From Gammaproteobacteria bacterium (GTDB lineage: Bacteria > Pseudomonadota > Gammaproteobacteria > Eutrophobiales > Eutrophobiaceae): a stretch of DNA of 64,000 nucleotides. This document shows, piece by piece, positions 53,206 to 62,663 of the stretch (positions are counted from its first letter, which is position 1; the number at the start of each line of letters is the position of its first letter). The position numbers were made by a program, and so were the translations under genes. Below the pieces are notes generated by a model, which was given only the letters and a program-made list of their open reading frames with translations, ran no database searches and was not told the origin of the DNA. The DNA is taken from NCBI GenBank assembly GCA_965222155.1, contig CBDCTH010000004.1, positions 192,001 to 256,000 of the forward strand, given 5' to 3'.

Positions 53206-54709
53206 AGAAAACGTTAAAAAGGCTGAGAGCTATTTAAAACGTTTCAAGGATAACGTGACGGCTCATCATGTGAACGGGGAAGCCTGCCGGGGCGATTCAG
53301 GTAAAACTTTTGAAAATCTGACGCCGGTGGATAATACGCCGATCGGCGCCATTGCCGAAGGTTCAGCCAGCGATATTGATCTTGCCTGCCGCGCGGCCCG
53401 GGACGCGTTTCCCGACTGGTCCCGTAGCCCCGCCAAACAGCGCAGGAAAATCCTCAACCACTTTGCCGACCTGGTCGAACAGCGGGCGGAGGAGATCGCC
53501 CTGGTGGAAAGCATGGATTGTGGTCAGCCGATTCGCTTCATGCGGGCGGCCGCGGCGCGCGGCGCGGAGAATTTTCGTTTCTTTGCCGATAAGGCCCCGG
53601 AGGCGGGCAACGGCCTGTCATTGCACCAGGATGAGCACCTGAATTATACAAAGCGCACACCGATCGGCCCGGTAGGCGTGATCACGCCGTGGAACACGCC
53701 GTTCATGTTGTCCACCTGGAAGATCGCGCCGGCCCTGGCGGCCGGATGTACCGTTATGCACAAGCCGGCCGAATTCAGTCCCCTGTCGGCCATGATCCTG
53801 GCGGAAATAAGCAAGGAGGCCGGTTTGCCGGACGGAGTATGGAACACCGTTAACGGGTTCGGTGAGATCGCAGGGAAAGCATTGACCGAGCATCCCGCCA
53901 TCAAGGCCATCGGCTTTGTGGGGGAAACGCTGACCGGTACCCGTATCATGAGTCAGGGATCGGCCACCCTGAAAAGAATACACGTCGAACTGGGGGGCAA
54001 GAACCCCGTCATCGTCTTCGATGACGCGGATTTCGATCGCGCCCTGGATGCCGTGGTGTTCATGATCTACAGCCTGAACGGACAGCGCTGTACCTCCAGC
54101 AGCCGCCTGTTGATACAACGCGATATTGCTGATCGGTTTCTGGCTGCGTTGGAACAGCGGGTCAACAAGATCAAGGTGGGTCACCCGCTGGACCCGGCTA
54201 CGGAGATTGGACCGTTGATTCATTCGAGCCACCTGGAAAAGGTGATGAGTTACGTGGATGCGGCGCGTCAGGAACACGCTTCGCTTGCCGCGGGAGGTGT
54301 ATTGGTGAGTGATCTCGGCCCCGGCAATTATCTCCGGCCCACCTTGTTTACCGATGCCACGAACGACATGAAGATTGCGCGGGAAGAGATATTCGGCCCG
54401 GTGCTGACGGCGATTCCCTTTGCCACGGAACAGGAGGCAGTAACCCTGGCCAACGATACCCCGTATGGTCTGGCGGGTTACGTCTGGACCAATGACGCCG
54501 GCCGCGGGATTCGCATGGCGGAGGCCCTGGAAGCCGGTATGGTCTGGGTGAATTCGGAGAATAACCGCAACCTGCCTTCGCCCTTCGGCGGCATGAAGCA
54601 AAGCGGCATAGGCCGCGATGGCGGCGACTACAGTTTTGATTTTTACATGGAAACCAAAAACGTGTGTATAGCTCATGGTACGCACAGAATCCCGGTTTTG
54701 GGGAGGTAA
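53189..54709 (+). CDS. hpaE: 5-carboxymethyl-2-hydroxymuconate semialdehyde dehydrogenase
   Basis: ITPWNTPFML, ELGGK, YSLNGQRCT, EEIFGP. Confidence 0.95.
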   Translation: MSGQFKENVKKAESYLKRFKDNVTAHHVNGEACRGDSGKTFENLTPVDNTPIGAIAEGSASDIDLACRAARDAFPDWSRSPAKQRRKILNHFADLVEQRAEEIALVESMDCGQPIRFMRAAAARGAENFRFFADKAPEAGNGLSLHQDEHLNYTKRTPIGPVGVITPWNTPFMLSTWKIAPALAAGCTVMHKPAEFSPLSAMILAEISKEAGLPDGVWNTVNGFGEIAGKALTEHPAIKAIGFVGETLTGTRIMSQGSATLKRIHVELGGKNPVIVFDDADFDRALDAVVFMIYSLNGQRCTSSSRLLIQRDIADRFLAALEQRVNKIKVGHPLDPATEIGPLIHSSHLEKVMSYVDAARQEHASLAAGGVLVSDLGPGNYLRPTLFTDATNDMKIAREEIFGPVLTAIPFATEQEAVTLANDTPYGLAGYVWTNDAGRGIRMAEALEAGMVWVNSENNRNLPSPFGGMKQSGIGRDGGDYSFDFYMETKNVCIAHGTHRIPVLGR

Positions 54710-54782
54710 TGAGGCATGTGTCATACCGGACAGGGATTGTCCGGTATCCAATAACAGGGATGTGCTTGCAGGGGAGGAAAGA

Positions 54783-55631
54783 ATGGGTGAAATCGTATTA
54801 GCCGCGAAAATAACGCATGTGCCGTCCATGTACCTGTCGGAAATGCCCGGTCCTCACCAGGGTTGCCGGGAGGACGCCATTGAAGGCCACCGTGAGCTCA
54901 GTCGCCGCGCCCGGGAGCGGGGCGCGGATACGGCGCTTGTATTCGACGTGCACTGGCTGGTGAACAGCGGTTACCACATCAACAGCGGCGAGCATTTCGA
55001 AGGGGTGTATACCAGCCATGAGCTGCCCCACTTCATCAAGGACATGGCCTATGAGTATGACGGCAACCCCGCTCTGGGCGACCTGATTGCCGAGTGCGCC
55101 AATGCCCGGGGGATCAATACCCGTTCACACCACATTGAGAGTCTGGCCCTTGAGTACGGCACCCTGGTGCCGATGCGCTACATGAACCGGGACCGGCACT
55201 TCAAGGTGGTATCGGTTGCGGCCTGGTGCGCCTGGCACGACCTGAACGATTCCAGGATCTTCGGCGAGGCGGTGAAAACCGCCATCGAAAAAAGTGACAG
55301 CAAGGTCATGGTATTGGCCAGCGGGTCCTTGTCCCACCGTTTCAACGACAACTCCAACGCCGGCGACAGGATATTCCAGATCAGCGACGAATTTTACCAG
55401 CAGATGGACCTGCGCGTGGTGGATTTATGGAAACAGGGAGATTTCAAGACGTTTACGGAGATGTTCCACGAGTACGCCTACCGCTGTCATGGCGAGGGCT
55501 GGATGCATGATACCGCGATGCTGCTGGGCCTGCTGGGCTGGGATGCCTATGACAAGCCGGTGGAAGTCATCAGTGATTATTTTCCCAGTTCCGGCACCGG
55601 CCAGATCAATGCGGAATTTCCGGTAAACTGA
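54783..55631 (+). CDS. hpaD: 3,4-dihydroxyphenylacetate 2,3-dioxygenase
   Basis: AAKITHVPSMYLSE, HWLVNSGYH, LEYGTLVPMRYMN, SGTGQINA. Confidence 0.96.
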   Translation: MGEIVLAAKITHVPSMYLSEMPGPHQGCREDAIEGHRELSRRARERGADTALVFDVHWLVNSGYHINSGEHFEGVYTSHELPHFIKDMAYEYDGNPALGDLIAECANARGINTRSHHIESLALEYGTLVPMRYMNRDRHFKVVSVAAWCAWHDLNDSRIFGEAVKTAIEKSDSKVMVLASGSLSHRFNDNSNAGDRIFQISDEFYQQMDLRVVDLWKQGDFKTFTEMFHEYAYRCHGEGWMHDTAMLLGLLGWDAYDKPVEVISDYFPSSGTGQINAEFPVN

Positions 55632-55654
55632 TTTGAACAAGACCGGAGCGTGAT

Positions 55655-56056
55655 ATGCCCCATTTCATCCTGGAATATTCAGCCAATATCAAAGACGACC
55701 TGGACCTGGACGGTTTATTCAAGGCCCTGCATGAAACCGCCCTGGGAACGGGCGTCTTTCCCCTGGGCGGCATCCGGTTTCGCGCCGTCCGTTGTGATGA
55801 TTACCTGATCGCAGACGCCGATGCGCAAAACGCTTTTGTGCATTTAACCGCCAAGATAGGTCGTCGGCGGGAGCCTGATGTCAGGCAGGTTGTTGCAGAG
55901 AAGATATTCAATACCCTGGTCGGGTATCTGGATGCCCTTTACCAGCAACGGCCTTTGGCCATCTCTTTTGAACTGACCGAACTGACCATGGGGCTGAGTT
56001 TCAGAAAGAACAACATCCACGAGAAGATAAAGCAGGGATATTTGGGGTCAGAGTAA
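55655..56056 (+). CDS. hpaF: 5-carboxymethyl-2-hydroxymuconate isomerase
   Basis: N-terminal Pro (MPHFILEYS), FPLGGIR.R, KNNIH. Confidence 0.93.
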   Translation: MPHFILEYSANIKDDLDLDGLFKALHETALGTGVFPLGGIRFRAVRCDDYLIADADAQNAFVHLTAKIGRRREPDVRQVVAEKIFNTLVGYLDALYQQRPLAISFELTELTMGLSFRKNNIHEKIKQGYLGSE

Positions 56057-56123
56057 AAATACAGTCAGTTTGGCAAGTGCTAGTGGCTTGTTGTAGAGTA
56101 TTTTTACTCTGACCCCAGATATC
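56037..56123. repeat. REP-like family B inverted repeat
   Basis: GATATTTGGGGTCAGAGTAAAAATAC...GTATTTTTACTCTGACCCCAGATATC. Confidence 0.85.
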
Positions 56124-56147
56124 CTTACCCGATTAATACAAATCGAT

Positions 56148-56882
56148 ATGTCGTTGATTGAACCGGTAGCAATCCTGATCGTATTCGGGTCGTTTTTCGC
56201 ATCGTTCATCAGCGCGACCTTTGCGGTGGGGGGCGGCTTCATCATGCTTGCCATCCTCTCAAGCGCATTGCCGATTACCTCGGCGGTGCCGTTGCACAGC
56301 TGGATGATGCTGGGCCTGTCACTGGGCAGGTTCTGGTATTTCCGTAAAGAAATAAACTGGCAGATCGTGATACCGTTTATACTGGGCGCCTGTATCGGTG
56401 TGTTTGCCGGGGGCCGGGTCTATTTTGATCTATCGGAATTTCTGCTGAGCCTGGTCATCGGCGTCCTGATCCTGGGCGCGGTCTGGATGCCGCAACAGGT
56501 AAGGTGGGGGTCGCAGCTTCCCACGCCGTTTTTCTGGGTCGGCATTATTCATTCTTTCATTTCAACCCTGTTTTCATTCGGCGGTTTGTTTCAGCCCCTG
56601 ATGCTGCGCGCGGCATTATCCAAGCTGCAAATCGTGGGGACGCTTTCAGCAGGCCTGTTGCTCATGAATATTCTCAAGCTGAGCGCGTACAGTTATTACG
56701 GGTTTGATTACAGCCGCTATTACAGCGTTATCCTTGCTGCCGTTCTTGTTGCTATCCCCGGCGCATTCCTGGGGAAAAAGGTGTTGCATCAAATCCCCGA
56801 AGACAAATTCAGGCTTATATTCAAGATCATCATGACATGCTTTGCCTTGAGATTATTCTACCGGGCCTGGATTCTCCTCTGA
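56148..56882 (+). CDS. TauE/SafE (TSUP) family membrane protein
   Basis: About 8 TM segments, GGG motif in the first loop, 244 aa. Confidence 0.75.
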   Translation: MSLIEPVAILIVFGSFFASFISATFAVGGGFIMLAILSSALPITSAVPLHSWMMLGLSLGRFWYFRKEINWQIVIPFILGACIGVFAGGRVYFDLSEFLLSLVIGVLILGAVWMPQQVRWGSQLPTPFFWVGIIHSFISTLFSFGGLFQPLMLRAALSKLQIVGTLSAGLLLMNILKLSAYSYYGFDYSRYYSVILAAVLVAIPGAFLGKKVLHQIPEDKFRLIFKIIMTCFALRLFYRAWILL

Positions 56883-56932
56883 GGGACTCAACGCATTCAG
56901 TAATCGTGTTATCGGGGGGCATATTTCCCTCC

Positions 56933-57931
56933 TTAAATCACAGTAATCTGGCTCGATTTACAACTCACCCATACCGAGTCGCCAAGTTGCAGGCCCAGCT
57001 CTTCCAGTGCCCTCCTGGTAATCACGACGTTGAACATCACGTCCGATTTGATCTTCAGGTGAATCTCTCCATTGACCGAGCTCATTATTGTGACCGTACC
57101 GAAAAAGTTGTTGCGCATGCTGGATGACAGGCGCTCCGTGGAAATAACGAGATGCCTGGGATCGATGAACAGTTTATGGCCTGATTTGACGCTTTCCGGC
57201 ACCATGAACCGCGCCTTGCCGCTGATGAACGTGCTGTCATTCACGTCCACAGTCCCGCTGAACAGGTTCCCGGATGAAACCGGATAGGCCCGGCCATTGA
57301 TCAGGTTGAGAGTATTATCGGACAATGACTGCGCCCGCAGCCGGTCATGGGTGCTGAAGATTATCGTTTTCGCCTGATCCGCCCGTTGCCCGGCTATCCA
57401 GTCTTCGATTTCATGGACGGTGACTTCATCCAGGTAGGTGAACGGTTCATCCATGATAATCACCTCAGGTTGCAGCGCCAGGGCCCGGGCCAGCGCCACC
57501 TTTTGTATCTCACCCCCGGATAACCTGCCGGCGTCACGATCCAGCAGCGCGCCCAGACCTAGTTCATCGGCAAGGGTGTCAACGGCAGCATTGATAACAG
57601 TGTGCTGTTCGCCGCGGAATTTCAGTCCCAGACCGATGTTATCCCTGACGGACATTTTCATCAGGTAGGGTTTTTGCTGTACGTAGCCGACCTGGCGCCG
57701 CAGCAGGGCGCTGTTCATCCCTGAAGTGGGCTCGCCGCGGAACAGTATACTGCCCACATCGGGTTGTCGCAGGAAGGCCAGTATGTCGAACAGCGTGCTT
57801 TTACCGGAGCCGTTAGGTCCGACTACTGCCGTTACCCGATTGCGATCGATATGAAGTTCCTCCAGTTCCAGTACTTTCCGTTTTGAGTAGGAGAATGCCA
57901 GACCGGAGATTTGATACAGGCCTTCCATCAA
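56933..57931 (-). CDS. tupC: Tungstate ABC transporter ATPase with TOBE domain
   Basis: GPNGSGKS, LSGGE, DEP, SSMRN TOBE motif. Confidence 0.8.
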   Translation of the reverse strand: MMEGLYQISGLAFSYSKRKVLELEELHIDRNRVTAVVGPNGSGKSTLFDILAFLRQPDVGSILFRGEPTSGMNSALLRRQVGYVQQKPYLMKMSVRDNIGLGLKFRGEQHTVINAAVDTLADELGLGALLDRDAGRLSGGEIQKVALARALALQPEVIIMDEPFTYLDEVTVHEIEDWIAGQRADQAKTIIFSTHDRLRAQSLSDNTLNLINGRAYPVSSGNLFSGTVDVNDSTFISGKARFMVPESVKSGHKLFIDPRHLVISTERLSSSMRNNFFGTVTIMSSVNGEIHLKIKSDVMFNVVITRRALEELGLQLGDSVWVSCKSSQITVI

Positions 57932-58617
57932 CCCATGGACTGGAAACGTTGCACGATGAAATTCACCAGGAAGGCCGTAACCAGTAATAATATTCCCAGA
58001 GCCAGGGCGAACTCGAATTCACCTTTGCTGGCCTCCAATGCGATTGCCGTCGTCATGGTGCGGGTAAAACCTTCTATGTTGCCCCCCAGCATCATGGCAA
58101 TGCCTACCTCGCCTATAGCTCGGCCGAAGCCGGCCACCAGGGCGGCCGCCAGGGCAAACTTCACTTCGTTCAGGTACATTGCCCCCTGCTGCAGGGTGGA
58201 TGCGCCCAGGGCCTGGCTGGTGGGCAGCAGGCGCGGGTCGGCGCTGGATGCCGCGGCGATGGAGAGGTTCCAGATTATGGGCAATATCAACAATGTCTGG
58301 CCGATGATGATGGCACCGGTCGTATACAGCAGCCCCAGGTCGCCCAGGACCCCCTTCCGGGTCAGCAGGCCGTATAACAGCAGGCCCACCACCACCGTCG
58401 GCAGGGCCATCAGGGTATTCAGTACCTGTTGCAGCAGGCGCTTGCCGGGAAAGTCCCGCAATACGACCAGGATACCCAGGGGGATCCCTGCCAGCGCGGC
58501 CAGCGTGACCGCAACCATGGAAATGTGTAACGAGGTCCAGACTACCGTATAGACTTCCCGGTCAAAACTGAATATGAGCGTCAAGGCAGCGCTGGTCGCC
58601 GCGGAAAAATAGTCCAT
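57928..58617 (-). CDS. tupB: Tungstate ABC transporter permease
   Basis: NTLMALPTVVVGL, GFGRAIGEVG..M.LGGNI...TRTMTTAIALE. Confidence 0.9.
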   Translation of the reverse strand: MDYFSAATSAALTLIFSFDREVYTVVWTSLHISMVAVTLAALAGIPLGILVVLRDFPGKRLLQQVLNTLMALPTVVVGLLLYGLLTRKGVLGDLGLLYTTGAIIIGQTLLILPIIWNLSIAAASSADPRLLPTSQALGASTLQQGAMYLNEVKFALAAALVAGFGRAIGEVGIAMMLGGNIEGFTRTMTTAIALEASKGEFEFALALGILLLVTAFLVNFIVQRFQSMG

Positions 58618-58711
58618 GTGATAGGATTATACACCCATCTATCGACAGCATTCGGACCCGACCCGGAGGTCTGGTTCGGTATACAGAGGGAGAACGTGAT
58701 TCTGCAGCAGT

Positions 58712-58822
58712 TCCCGCTAACTCTAGGGATCGAGGGCATCCTGCCCTCGTGGAGGGCGAGACGCCCTCCCTCCCAGGGAAACAGGCCCCGTGACTCCTGG
58801 GGACAGATTTAAATCTGTCCCC
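58712..58822 (+). repeat. Composite REP-like element family A, copy 3
   Basis: Same nested hairpins and 24-bp palindrome. Confidence 0.85.
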
Positions 58823-58967
58823 TGTGTCTTGTTGACATCGATTTAGCGGTAACACCTGAAATAACTACTGGATCGTGGATTTTAGGAAAGAAGGCGGTAT
58901 ATACTTCTCCGTATACTGTACATATTGAGAGAGTAATGTCAGCCAGTATTATAAAAGAAGGCTTCTG

Positions 58968-60059
58968 TTGTATACGAGCCGGGAGATTCCCTTGAGTAAC
59001 AGTATAACCGTAAATGAAGAAGTCGAGCGTGTGAGGGCGATGGAGAATGCTGCCGGTTTAAACGAAAGGACAACGCAAACGGCTATTGTCCTGCCAATCT
59101 TCAGGGCGCTAGGTTGGAATACGGCTGACCCTGATGAAGTTACCTTTGAACAACCGGTTGCGGGACACCTGAGAGGTAGCGTAGACATTGTCTTAATTTC
59201 AAGGGAAAAGCCACTGGTGCTCATTGAAACAAAAGCGCCGTCTCAAAGTCTGGACGCAGAAAAAAATCGAAACCAGTTGTTTGATTATTGCCGGATGATG
59301 GATGTATCTCTGGGTGTACTGACAAACGGCGTCGAATGGCGTTTTTATCTTGGCGGGGGAAGCGCGGAATTACATTTAGCGGAAGTGTTCGACCTCATCA
59401 AGGATCAGCCGCTGGAATGTGTTCTGAAGCTCGAGCGTCTTTTGAGTAGAGACAAGGTTTCGGATGAAGGCGCTTACACCTACGCGAAAAAGGCATGGTT
59501 CAGACGGACTTTGGTCCAGGCATGGGACAGGCTGCTCTCCAGTGGCGATAAAGGACTGAAATCACGGCTGAGAAAAGCAGTTAAAGAGTCAACCGGGGTG
59601 GATATACCCGGCTTGGAAGTTGAGGACTTTCTTAAGCAGCAAGCGATTTCATCGTCTGAACAGGTCCTGGTGGGACAGGAAAATGCCGAGCGAGCCAGCA
59701 CGCCACCACCTTCTCCGGACCCCGGTCGCAGTAAACACCCCAAGCCGACTCACGTAGTTGTATTTGGAAGACGAGTGGAAGTGAAAAGTTGGAAAGAAGC
59801 CATGCTGGTCTTTTTGTCTGAAGCATATAAGGACAATCCTGATTCGTTCCAGGCACTGGTGGAGCATCAGTCTTATCTTGTACAAAGTTCAGTGCCGCCC
59901 GGGAAGTTCAGGCGGGCGGTACAGATTGCACAATCAGATTTATGGATAAACGTGGATTATAACGGGAAAAACATGGTGAGGATTTGCCGTGATGTACAGA
60001 AATTACTGGGTCTGACCGAGGATACGCTGAACTTTTTTCACCAGGATAAACTGCTGTAG
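58968..60059 (+). CDS. HsdR-N-like PD-(D/E)xK nuclease with C-terminal putative DNA-recognition domain
   Basis: NE..T...IV.P...LGW, VDIVL..LIETK, NQL..Y, VLTNGVEWRFY; start uncertain. Confidence 0.8.
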   Translation: MYTSREIPLSNSITVNEEVERVRAMENAAGLNERTTQTAIVLPIFRALGWNTADPDEVTFEQPVAGHLRGSVDIVLISREKPLVLIETKAPSQSLDAEKNRNQLFDYCRMMDVSLGVLTNGVEWRFYLGGGSAELHLAEVFDLIKDQPLECVLKLERLLSRDKVSDEGAYTYAKKAWFRRTLVQAWDRLLSSGDKGLKSRLRKAVKESTGVDIPGLEVEDFLKQQAISSSEQVLVGQENAERASTPPPSPDPGRSKHPKPTHVVVFGRRVEVKSWKEAMLVFLSEAYKDNPDSFQALVEHQSYLVQSSVPPGKFRRAVQIAQSDLWINVDYNGKNMVRICRDVQKLLGLTEDTLNFFHQDKLL

Positions 60060-60070
60060 AAAGTTTAATC

Positions 60071-60268
60071 GAGAATTTCGGACAACCCGACGCCACCGCT
60101 TACCGCAATCCTACCGTTGCGGAGGCCATGAAAAATATGGGCTTTATGCAGCGGTTCGGAATCGGTATCGTTACGGCGAGGAAGGCGCTGGAAGAAAATG
60201 GCAATCCGCCGCCCGAATTCACAATAGAAGAGACCTTCATTTTCGTTAAGATAAAGAAACGACAATGA
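60071..60268 (+). pseudogene. 3' remnant of an HATPase_c_4 (RecG-C-like, AlbA-associated) protein
   Basis: YRNPTVAEAMKNMGFMQRFGIGI...LEENGNPPPEF; ATGA overlap with parA. Confidence 0.75.
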
Positions 60269-61242
60269 AGACTATCGCATTTTTCAACAACAAAGGCGGC
60301 GTGGGGAAGACCTCGCTAGTCTATCACCTTGCCTGGATGTTCAATGAACTGGGAGCGCGCGTCATCGCAGCCGACTTCGACCCCCAGGCCAATCTAAGTG
60401 GAATGTTTCTGAATGAAAGCAGGCTTGAGCAATTATGGGACAAGGAAAACGGGAAAACTGTGGATGGTGATATTGCCCCTTTATTCAAAAGGACGGGAGA
60501 CATTGCCACAGAACCTCACATTGAGCAGATTGGAGAGCGGATCGGCCTGCTAGTCGGCGACCTTGCCCTTTCCAACCGTGAAGGAGAACTTTCGGAGCAG
60601 TGGTCGAAGTGTCTGGATGGGAAAGAACGGGCTTTTCGCGTGACGACTGCCTTTGCGCGACTGATAGCCAGCGCACACGAGACGTTCGAGGCAGACCTGA
60701 CATTGATAGACGTCGGGCCGAACCTGGGGGCCATCAACCGCGCCGCGTTGATAGCCAGCGACCATGTGGTTATCCCGCTTGCACCCGACCTGTTCTCGCT
60801 ACAAGGCTTGGGGAACGTGGGGCCGACGTTGAAGGATTGGCGAACAGCATGGGGCAAACGCATTGAAGAAAAGCCGGAAGACTTGGACATCAATCTACCC
60901 GGGGGCAACATGAAACCGCTCGGCTATATCGTCATGCGACACTCCGCCAGGCTGGACCGTCCGGTAAAAGCATTTCTGAGATGGATTGCAAAGATTCCAG
61001 CAGAATACAGACGGGCTGTCCTGGCACATGACGATCCTGCGACACCGGCAATTGACGATGACGAATATCTCCTGGCGCACTTGAAAGATTACCGTTCACT
61101 TATGCCTATGGCACAGGAAGCGAACAAGCCCATGTTCATGCTGAAGCCGGCCGACGGCGTTATCGGCGCACAGCAAAATGCTGCCAGGAGTTGCTACAAC
61201 GATTTTCGCGCTCTGGCGAAAAAAATCATTCATAAGCTCTAG
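60265..61242 (+). CDS. ParA family ATPase (orphan)
   Basis: FNNKGGVGKT, DFDPQANL, IDVGPNLGAINR. Confidence 0.93.
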   Translation: MKTIAFFNNKGGVGKTSLVYHLAWMFNELGARVIAADFDPQANLSGMFLNESRLEQLWDKENGKTVDGDIAPLFKRTGDIATEPHIEQIGERIGLLVGDLALSNREGELSEQWSKCLDGKERAFRVTTAFARLIASAHETFEADLTLIDVGPNLGAINRAALIASDHVVIPLAPDLFSLQGLGNVGPTLKDWRTAWGKRIEEKPEDLDINLPGGNMKPLGYIVMRHSARLDRPVKAFLRWIAKIPAEYRRAVLAHDDPATPAIDDDEYLLAHLKDYRSLMPMAQEANKPMFMLKPADGVIGAQQNAARSCYNDFRALAKKIIHKL

Positions 61243-61578
61243 CCCGCATATCTCACCAATCCGCTTGGAGGTAGACTGAAACTTGTGTGCTATCAAATAG
61301 TTACCTGGTTAATTCGGGTCATGGCATCATCACACACTGCGCTTGATGCGTTCATTGTGTCCGTCCTTGGACGCAACCCTGTGGGCGGCTGTCGCCGTGC
61401 AAATCGGCTGTCCTGCCGATTTGTCTCGCTTGTCTTTTGGCTGCCAGTGGGCACATGCTTCCTCAACCATAGCTACGGCTATGCTTTCGGTCCCCGTATC
61501 AAGTACGGGGCAGGCTCCGGCGCCCACTGGCAGCCAAAATCCTGTGCGATCATCACATCAATTGGTGAGATATCCGGG
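61243..61578. mobile_element. 336-bp MITE with IS1380-like ends
   Basis: CCCGCATATCTCACCAAT / ATTGGTGAGATATCCGGG with CTAG on both sides; internal long inverted repeat. Confidence 0.85.
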
Positions 61579-61642
61579 CTAGTCCTGAGAGAGGACGACG
61601 GGAGGGGTTCTTATCAACAACGCCAGATACTTTTTGCACTAC

Positions 61643-61990
61643 CTATTTTATCGCCAGGGCCAGTATCGCAACCAGTAACGCGACCAGTGCCAAGACAAAA
61701 ACAAAAGTAGAACGTTGCAGAACCTGCTGCAGGGAGCCGGCCAGCGCTTCATTCTGCTTGGCCAGTTGTTCTATGAGTTTGACCTGTTCAACGTTGGCTT
61801 CATCCGTTGCGTCAAGGCGCGCCTCCAACCTGCCGATGACTTTTCCCAGGTTATCCGTGGTAACCGGTTCGGCCTCATATTCGCCGGGAGCTTCTTTTTT
61901 CCGATTACTGATTAAATTGATTAATTTGCCTGCGCCTTGAATGATCATGGGCGCGGAATTAAGGATCGTACCGATCGTAGTCGGGCTCAT
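61643..61990 (-). CDS. Hypothetical coiled-coil protein with C-terminal TM anchor
   Basis: Heptad-like segment and hydrophobic C-terminus. Confidence 0.65.
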   Translation of the reverse strand: MSPTTIGTILNSAPMIIQGAGKLINLISNRKKEAPGEYEAEPVTTDNLGKVIGRLEARLDATDEANVEQVKLIEQLAKQNEALAGSLQQVLQRSTFVFVLALVALLVAILALAIK

Positions 61991-62113
61991 GAATTTTTTA
62001 ATCACTGTGATCTTCACGTACTGAAATAATGCCGGCAATCCCCGCTGCCTGGGTGTTGCGGGCTGTTTGTCTGTTCCGAGGGCGCTCTCCGGCCCGTCCC
62101 GCGCGCGTTTGCG

Positions 62114-62141
62114 CTTGAAAAATTTTATCTCATCCCCATTT
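62114..62141 (+). promoter_or_regulatory. Sigma32 (RpoH) promoter
   Basis: CTTGAAA-N13-CCCCATTT upstream of the hsp20 pair. Confidence 0.8.
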
Positions 62142-62193
62142 ATTCTACCAGTGGCACATATTAACTCGTAAACATAATTCTGGAGGTGTAAAC

Positions 62194-62619
62194 ATGGTCA
62201 GATTATTTACAAATCCGATTGACAGTCTTTTAACCTTGCAAAAAGCCCTGTCGGACACGATGACGAACGACTGGTTCGGTTCAGGGCTCAGCAGCCGCGG
62301 CGGGTTTCCGCCTATCAATATATTCCAGGCGGACGGAGAATACGCGATTATTGCAGAACTGCCCGGCGTCAACAGGAAGGATATTGATATCGACGTCCAG
62401 CGCAACCGCGTCAGGGTTTCAGGAAAAAAGCAGGTGGACTATGGCGAAGGAGCAAGCGTACACCGGCGCGAGCGGCAAACGGGCGCGTTCGACCGTACCT
62501 TTGCCACGCCGTTTGAGATAGACGCAGAGCAGGTCAAGGCGGAATACTGTGACGGCATCCTCGCTTTGTCCCTGCCCCGGGCCGAGCAGGATAAGCCCCG
62601 TTCCATCAATATTTCCTGA
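62194..62619 (+). CDS. Hsp20 small heat shock protein
   Basis: AELPGV, RRER..G.F.R, A.Y.DGIL..LP. Confidence 0.95.
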   Translation: MVRLFTNPIDSLLTLQKALSDTMTNDWFGSGLSSRGGFPPINIFQADGEYAIIAELPGVNRKDIDIDVQRNRVRVSGKKQVDYGEGASVHRRERQTGAFDRTFATPFEIDAEQVKAEYCDGILALSLPRAEQDKPRSINIS

Positions 62620-62663
62620 ACTTTTTAAGCGAACTTTTAGCCATTCACAGGCAGGAGGTTGTC

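Noticed and set aside
53618-54829. Long antisense or alternate-frame ORFs (also 7256-8224, 14740-15750, 5113-5976)
   Set aside because: Shadows of well-supported GC-rich genes.
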